Below, piece by piece: positions 17,110 to 20,000 of a stretch of 20,000 bases of DNA (the first letter of the stretch is position 1; the number at the start of each line of letters is the position of its first letter). Source of the stretch: Theionarchaea archaeon (lineage in GTDB: Archaea; Methanobacteriota_B; Thermococci; Methanofastidiosales; SZ-28-30); contig JACVGW010000005.1 in the NCBI GenBank assembly GCA_018992565.1, forward strand, positions 47,803-67,802, read 5' to 3'. The position numbers and the translations under genes were made by a program. The notes under the pieces are model-generated. The model worked only from the letters and a program-made list of their open reading frames with translations. It was not told the origin of the DNA and ran no database searches.

Positions 17110-17317
17110 TGTTCATGCTCCTGATATTGCTATTGTCAAAGAGGCAATAGAGGCAGAAATAACTTCAGCACCCTACCAGAAAACAGAGATTACCCTCTCT
17201 GCAGAAGAGGATACTCTGACTGTCACCATATCTTCTGTGGATCTCAGGGCACTGCGGGGGACTTTCAACTCATGCATGAACTGGCTGATGACCGCACTGG
17301 ACAGCCTCTCTCTTTAG
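17084..17317 (+). CDS. pcc1: KEOPS complex subunit Pcc1
   Basis: 77 aa ending LTVTISSVDLRALRGTFNSCMNWL; follows the Brix gene; GGGAG upstream of ATG 17084. Confidence 0.88.
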   Translation: MKGIQATINVHAPDIAIVKEAIEAEITSAPYQKTEITLSAEEDTLTVTISSVDLRALRGTFNSCMNWLMTALDSLSL

Positions 17318-17359
17318 AAGGTTGAGAGCTCTCCCTGTAAAGACCTGCAAAAGCCAACA

Positions 17360-17395
17360 TTTATAAAGCCCTTTTAAATAACAATGCTGAGGTGA
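17360..17395 (+). promoter_or_regulatory. TATA box and SD of rps17e
   Basis: TTTATAAA at 17360-17367 and GAGGTGA at 17389-17395, before TTG 17400. Confidence 0.65.
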
Positions 17396-17399
17396 GAAG

Positions 17400-17588
17400 T
17401 TGGGTAGAATTCGATCAAATTTCATCAAACGAATTGCCAGAGAAACGATAAAAAAATACAAAGACCAGCTCAGTACTGATTACTATGAGAATCGGGATTT
17501 TCTGGAGACAGTAGTCCGATTCTCCAATGATAAGCTGAGAAACAGGGTCGCAGGATATGTGACGACACTCATGAAACATGGGGAATGA
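17400..17588 (+). CDS. rps17e: 30S ribosomal protein eS17
   Basis: MGRIR..FIKR and KLRNRVAGYVT motifs; TTG start. Confidence 0.96.
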   Translation: MGRIRSNFIKRIARETIKKYKDQLSTDYYENRDFLETVVRFSNDKLRNRVAGYVTTLMKHGE

Positions 17589-18642
17589 TCTGGTGGTACA
17601 GCTCTAAAAATTCTCTGGCTGTGTTATCCCAACTCCACTGTGATGCAGTCTTGAATCCTTCTGTACTGATTTTTTCTCTGAACGAGTTATTTTCAAGAAG
17701 TATTTTGACCTTTTTGTGAAGTTCTTCTTCTGTATCAAAGAGGAGCCCATTCCTGCCTGTCAAGAGCTCTGGAATTCCTCCTGTATTTCTCCCGATGACC
17801 GGTGTCTGGCAGGCCATTGCCTCCAGGAGAGTCAGTCCAAGTCCTTCGTGCCGTGAGGGCAAAACCAGGACTTTAGATCTGTTCATGAGTTGAGGGGTGT
17901 CTGTTCTGAATCCCCAGAATGTACAGTCCAATCCCAGAGTATTCGCAAGAGATTCCAGGTAAGGTCGTTCAGGACCATCTCCCACAATCCACACCTTCTC
18001 ATTGATCCCCTTCATTGCTTTCAGAAAAGTATCTACACCTTTCACTGGAGTCAAGGCGCCCACATAGGTTACCGCCTCCCGCTCCAGGTGAAGGGGAGTA
18101 AACCTGGTTGTATCAACTCCTGAGGGAACATACGTGGGATGGACTCCTGTTGTCTCCTGCAAAGCACTGGCTGTAGCCCGGCTGTTGCAGGACACAGAAT
18201 CAGCATTCCTTGTCACATATTGTGAGATGACAGTTTTCCACCCTCTGGAGAACACAAAGACATCACTTCCATGGCACGTTACCATCAGGGGAACTCCGCT
18301 TATTTTTTTTGCCAGAACACCCACCAGTCCGGGAGGAACTAGATAATGTGCATGAATTACATCAATATCATTCTCTCTAACAACTTGCAGTGTCTTGACT
18401 GTTCCCGAGATAAGAAAAGAACCTCCTCTCATCTTCTGTGTCACAAAGGTACCATGCACTCCTGGATCAAGAGGTTCACTCTCTGGCTTGCTCTCCTGTA
18501 ATACCTTGAACCCATCTACCTTCCCGTATGTAACCACGTGGACACTCACTCCTAACCGTATCAATGCCTCTCTCAAGTTGTAAACATAGGAAGCGATTCC
18601 TCCAATGTGGGGCGGGTACAACCCAACCATGACGACATTCAT
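17569..18642 (-). CDS. GT4-family (GT-B) glycosyltransferase
   Basis: YPPHIGG, DVIHAHY, TCHGSD, KGVD and PSRHEGLGLTLLEAMAC (Ex7E) motifs. 3' end overlaps rps17e by 20 nt. Confidence 0.95.
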   Translation of the reverse strand: MNVVMVGLYPPHIGGIASYVYNLREALIRLGVSVHVVTYGKVDGFKVLQESKPESEPLDPGVHGTFVTQKMRGGSFLISGTVKTLQVVRENDIDVIHAHYLVPPGLVGVLAKKISGVPLMVTCHGSDVFVFSRGWKTVISQYVTRNADSVSCNSRATASALQETTGVHPTYVPSGVDTTRFTPLHLEREAVTYVGALTPVKGVDTFLKAMKGINEKVWIVGDGPERPYLESLANTLGLDCTFWGFRTDTPQLMNRSKVLVLPSRHEGLGLTLLEAMACQTPVIGRNTGGIPELLTGRNGLLFDTEEELHKKVKILLENNSFREKISTEGFKTASQWSWDNTAREFLELYHQIIPHVS

Positions 18643-20000
18643 TTTCTCAGCAATATGTACAGCCCCAGAATCGCCACCAGCACAATACCCACCAGTAAGA
18701 TGTAGTCTTTTTTCTGTGCTTCCGCTGCCTGATCTGAGAAGTCTTGAGATTGCTTCGCCATCAGAATAGCATCACCAAACTCTCCTTTTTCATAGCTGTC
18801 TGTAGCGTTCTCCAGATGGACGCGAGCAGAATGGTGCAGCGTCCTGCCGAAGAGCCCTCTGTAAGATTGTATCTTTTCCTCTGCTGCTGCAATTTCATTT
18901 TCTGCAGCTCCACGAAGTTCAGAACGGATTTCTTCGCATCGCTGAAGTGCTTCATCTGCTTTTTCAATTCTCTGGTTATAGGTTGCCTGAGATTCTATTT
19001 CCTGAAAGTAATACTGGGCTGCCTCAAGCTGAGAGGGTAGATACTGATGGGCTGCCTTTTCAATAGCCTCCAGACAGATGTGAGCTTGATCTGTTTTCTC
19101 TTGCACCAGGGCTTCGGCCTGCCCTTCACCATCTAAAATGAAGTCTCTCGCCTGCATTGCCTTCTGATGAGAGCCAAAATAATCATAAGCATTATACAAT
19201 GTCTCCGCTTCCACAATGAGACTCTCAGCCATTTCAACAGAACGGGGGAACACTTCTTGCAGTCCCTTTTCCTTTGCTGCTTCTACCGCCAGTTTCGCCT
19301 TGGGGATGAGCTCAGCTGCTTCCTGTTTGTATAGTAACCGTTCTCTGATACGGGGTTCGCTGCCTGCCAGCCAGTCGACCACATTCAGGGCAAACAAGGT
19401 GTTGTCTCCCAACGGTGAATATGTGTCGAATAATTCTTTGTCCCCGCAGGCAACGACCCTCCCGTCTCCTACTTCCTTTATTACCATGCAACCGGGAGTT
19501 TCTCCCTTTTCATAGGTAGCTATCCCGTCATACTTCTGGGCGTAAGCGGAATCTGTCGTCTGTAGAAGGACGCCTCCATCAGATACGAGAGAGCATCCTG
19601 AGGTGTAGACAACTGTTCTTATGCCTTCGAAGATTGGATGCTCCGGGAAAGCAGTGAGGGTGATCCAGGAGGTATGCTGGAGGTAATATTGTTGGTCGAA
19701 GATTCTGTCAACATTGAATGTTATTGAAAACTCCTGGGCTATCTGGTTTATTACCAGGGTCGTGCCATCTTTGTTGTTTTCTTCTGCCATGAGGAGGAGT
19801 CCACCTCCCGATTCTACATATTTCTTTATGGCCTGAAGGCTGTCGTCTTCATAGAGTGTAGTAGGAGTTGAAATAACAATGACATCATAAGAGGAGAGAT
19901 CTTCAGGGAGTGTATGTGCTGCAAGAACAGTGTATTCAAGATATTGGTAGACACTCATGTCCTCATTAACCAGGACAGACCCCTGCAAGCCCAGCATCAG
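18639..20000 (-). CDS. Membrane-anchored protein: GIFT (GldG/IFT52, DUF4350-like) domain, helical stalk and C-terminal TM helix (5' end probably outside the window)
   Basis: DVIVISTP, IKKYVESGGGLLL, NQIAQEFSITF, HPIFEGI, GRVVACGD..F and DNTLFALNVVDWLA motifs; Ala/Glu/Gln-rich helices; KKDYILLVGIVLVAILGLYILLRK anchor. The frame is still open at the window edge. Confidence 0.75.
   Translation of the reverse strand: MMLGLQGSVLVNEDMSVYQYLEYTVLAAHTLPEDLSSYDVIVISTPTTLYEDDSLQAIKKYVESGGGLLLMAEENNKDGTTLVINQIAQEFSITFNVDRIFDQQYYLQHTSWITLTAFPEHPIFEGIRTVVYTSGCSLVSDGGVLLQTTDSAYAQKYDGIATYEKGETPGCMVIKEVGDGRVVACGDKELFDTYSPLGDNTLFALNVVDWLAGSEPRIRERLLYKQEAAELIPKAKLAVEAAKEKGLQEVFPRSVEMAESLIVEAETLYNAYDYFGSHQKAMQARDFILDGEGQAEALVQEKTDQAHICLEAIEKAAHQYLPSQLEAAQYYFQEIESQATYNQRIEKADEALQRCEEIRSELRGAAENEIAAAEEKIQSYRGLFGRTLHHSARVHLENATDSYEKGEFGDAILMAKQSQDFSDQAAEAQKKDYILLVGIVLVAILGLYILLRK

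Noticed and set aside
1..20000. CRISPR arrays, tRNA/rRNA genes, transposases, integrases or defence systems
   Set aside because: No regularly spaced repeats, cloverleaf/T-loop signatures or relevant protein motifs were seen by eye. The content of the gap is unknown.

Overview
Archaeal chromosomal DNA, judged from BRE/TATA promoters, GGAGGT/GAGGTGA Shine-Dalgarno (SD) sites and archaeal-type ribosomal, exosome and RNase P genes. A Theionarchaea/Thermococci-related euryarchaeon is my inference, not a demonstrated assignment. The left half (1-11.2 kb) holds mostly monocistronic genes: a partial tungsten aldehyde:ferredoxin oxidoreductase missing from the ORF track, an MBL-fold hydrolase, a secreted papain-family protease with an S-layer-like C-terminal module, a gene broken by a 100-N gap, cutA, an S9 peptidase, an SPL-like radical SAM enzyme, an AlkP-family protein, a 2-TM membrane protein and a HAD hydrolase. 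The right half is the archaeal exosome superoperon (rpl15e-DUF54-rpp30-pop5-SBDS-rrp4-rrp41-rrp42-rpl37ae-rpoP-Brix-pcc1). It lacks the usual psmA and pfdB and is followed by rps17e, then a convergent GT4 glycosyltransferase coupled to a membrane-anchored GIFT-like protein. No CRISPR array, rRNA, tRNA or transposase was seen. I found no clearly new system. The best leads are an SD-sequestering eL15 leader RNA, the protease C-terminal module, the GIFT-GT4 pair, a nested inverted-repeat element at 10.4 kb, and leaderless-type promoter spacing at most non-ribosomal genes.
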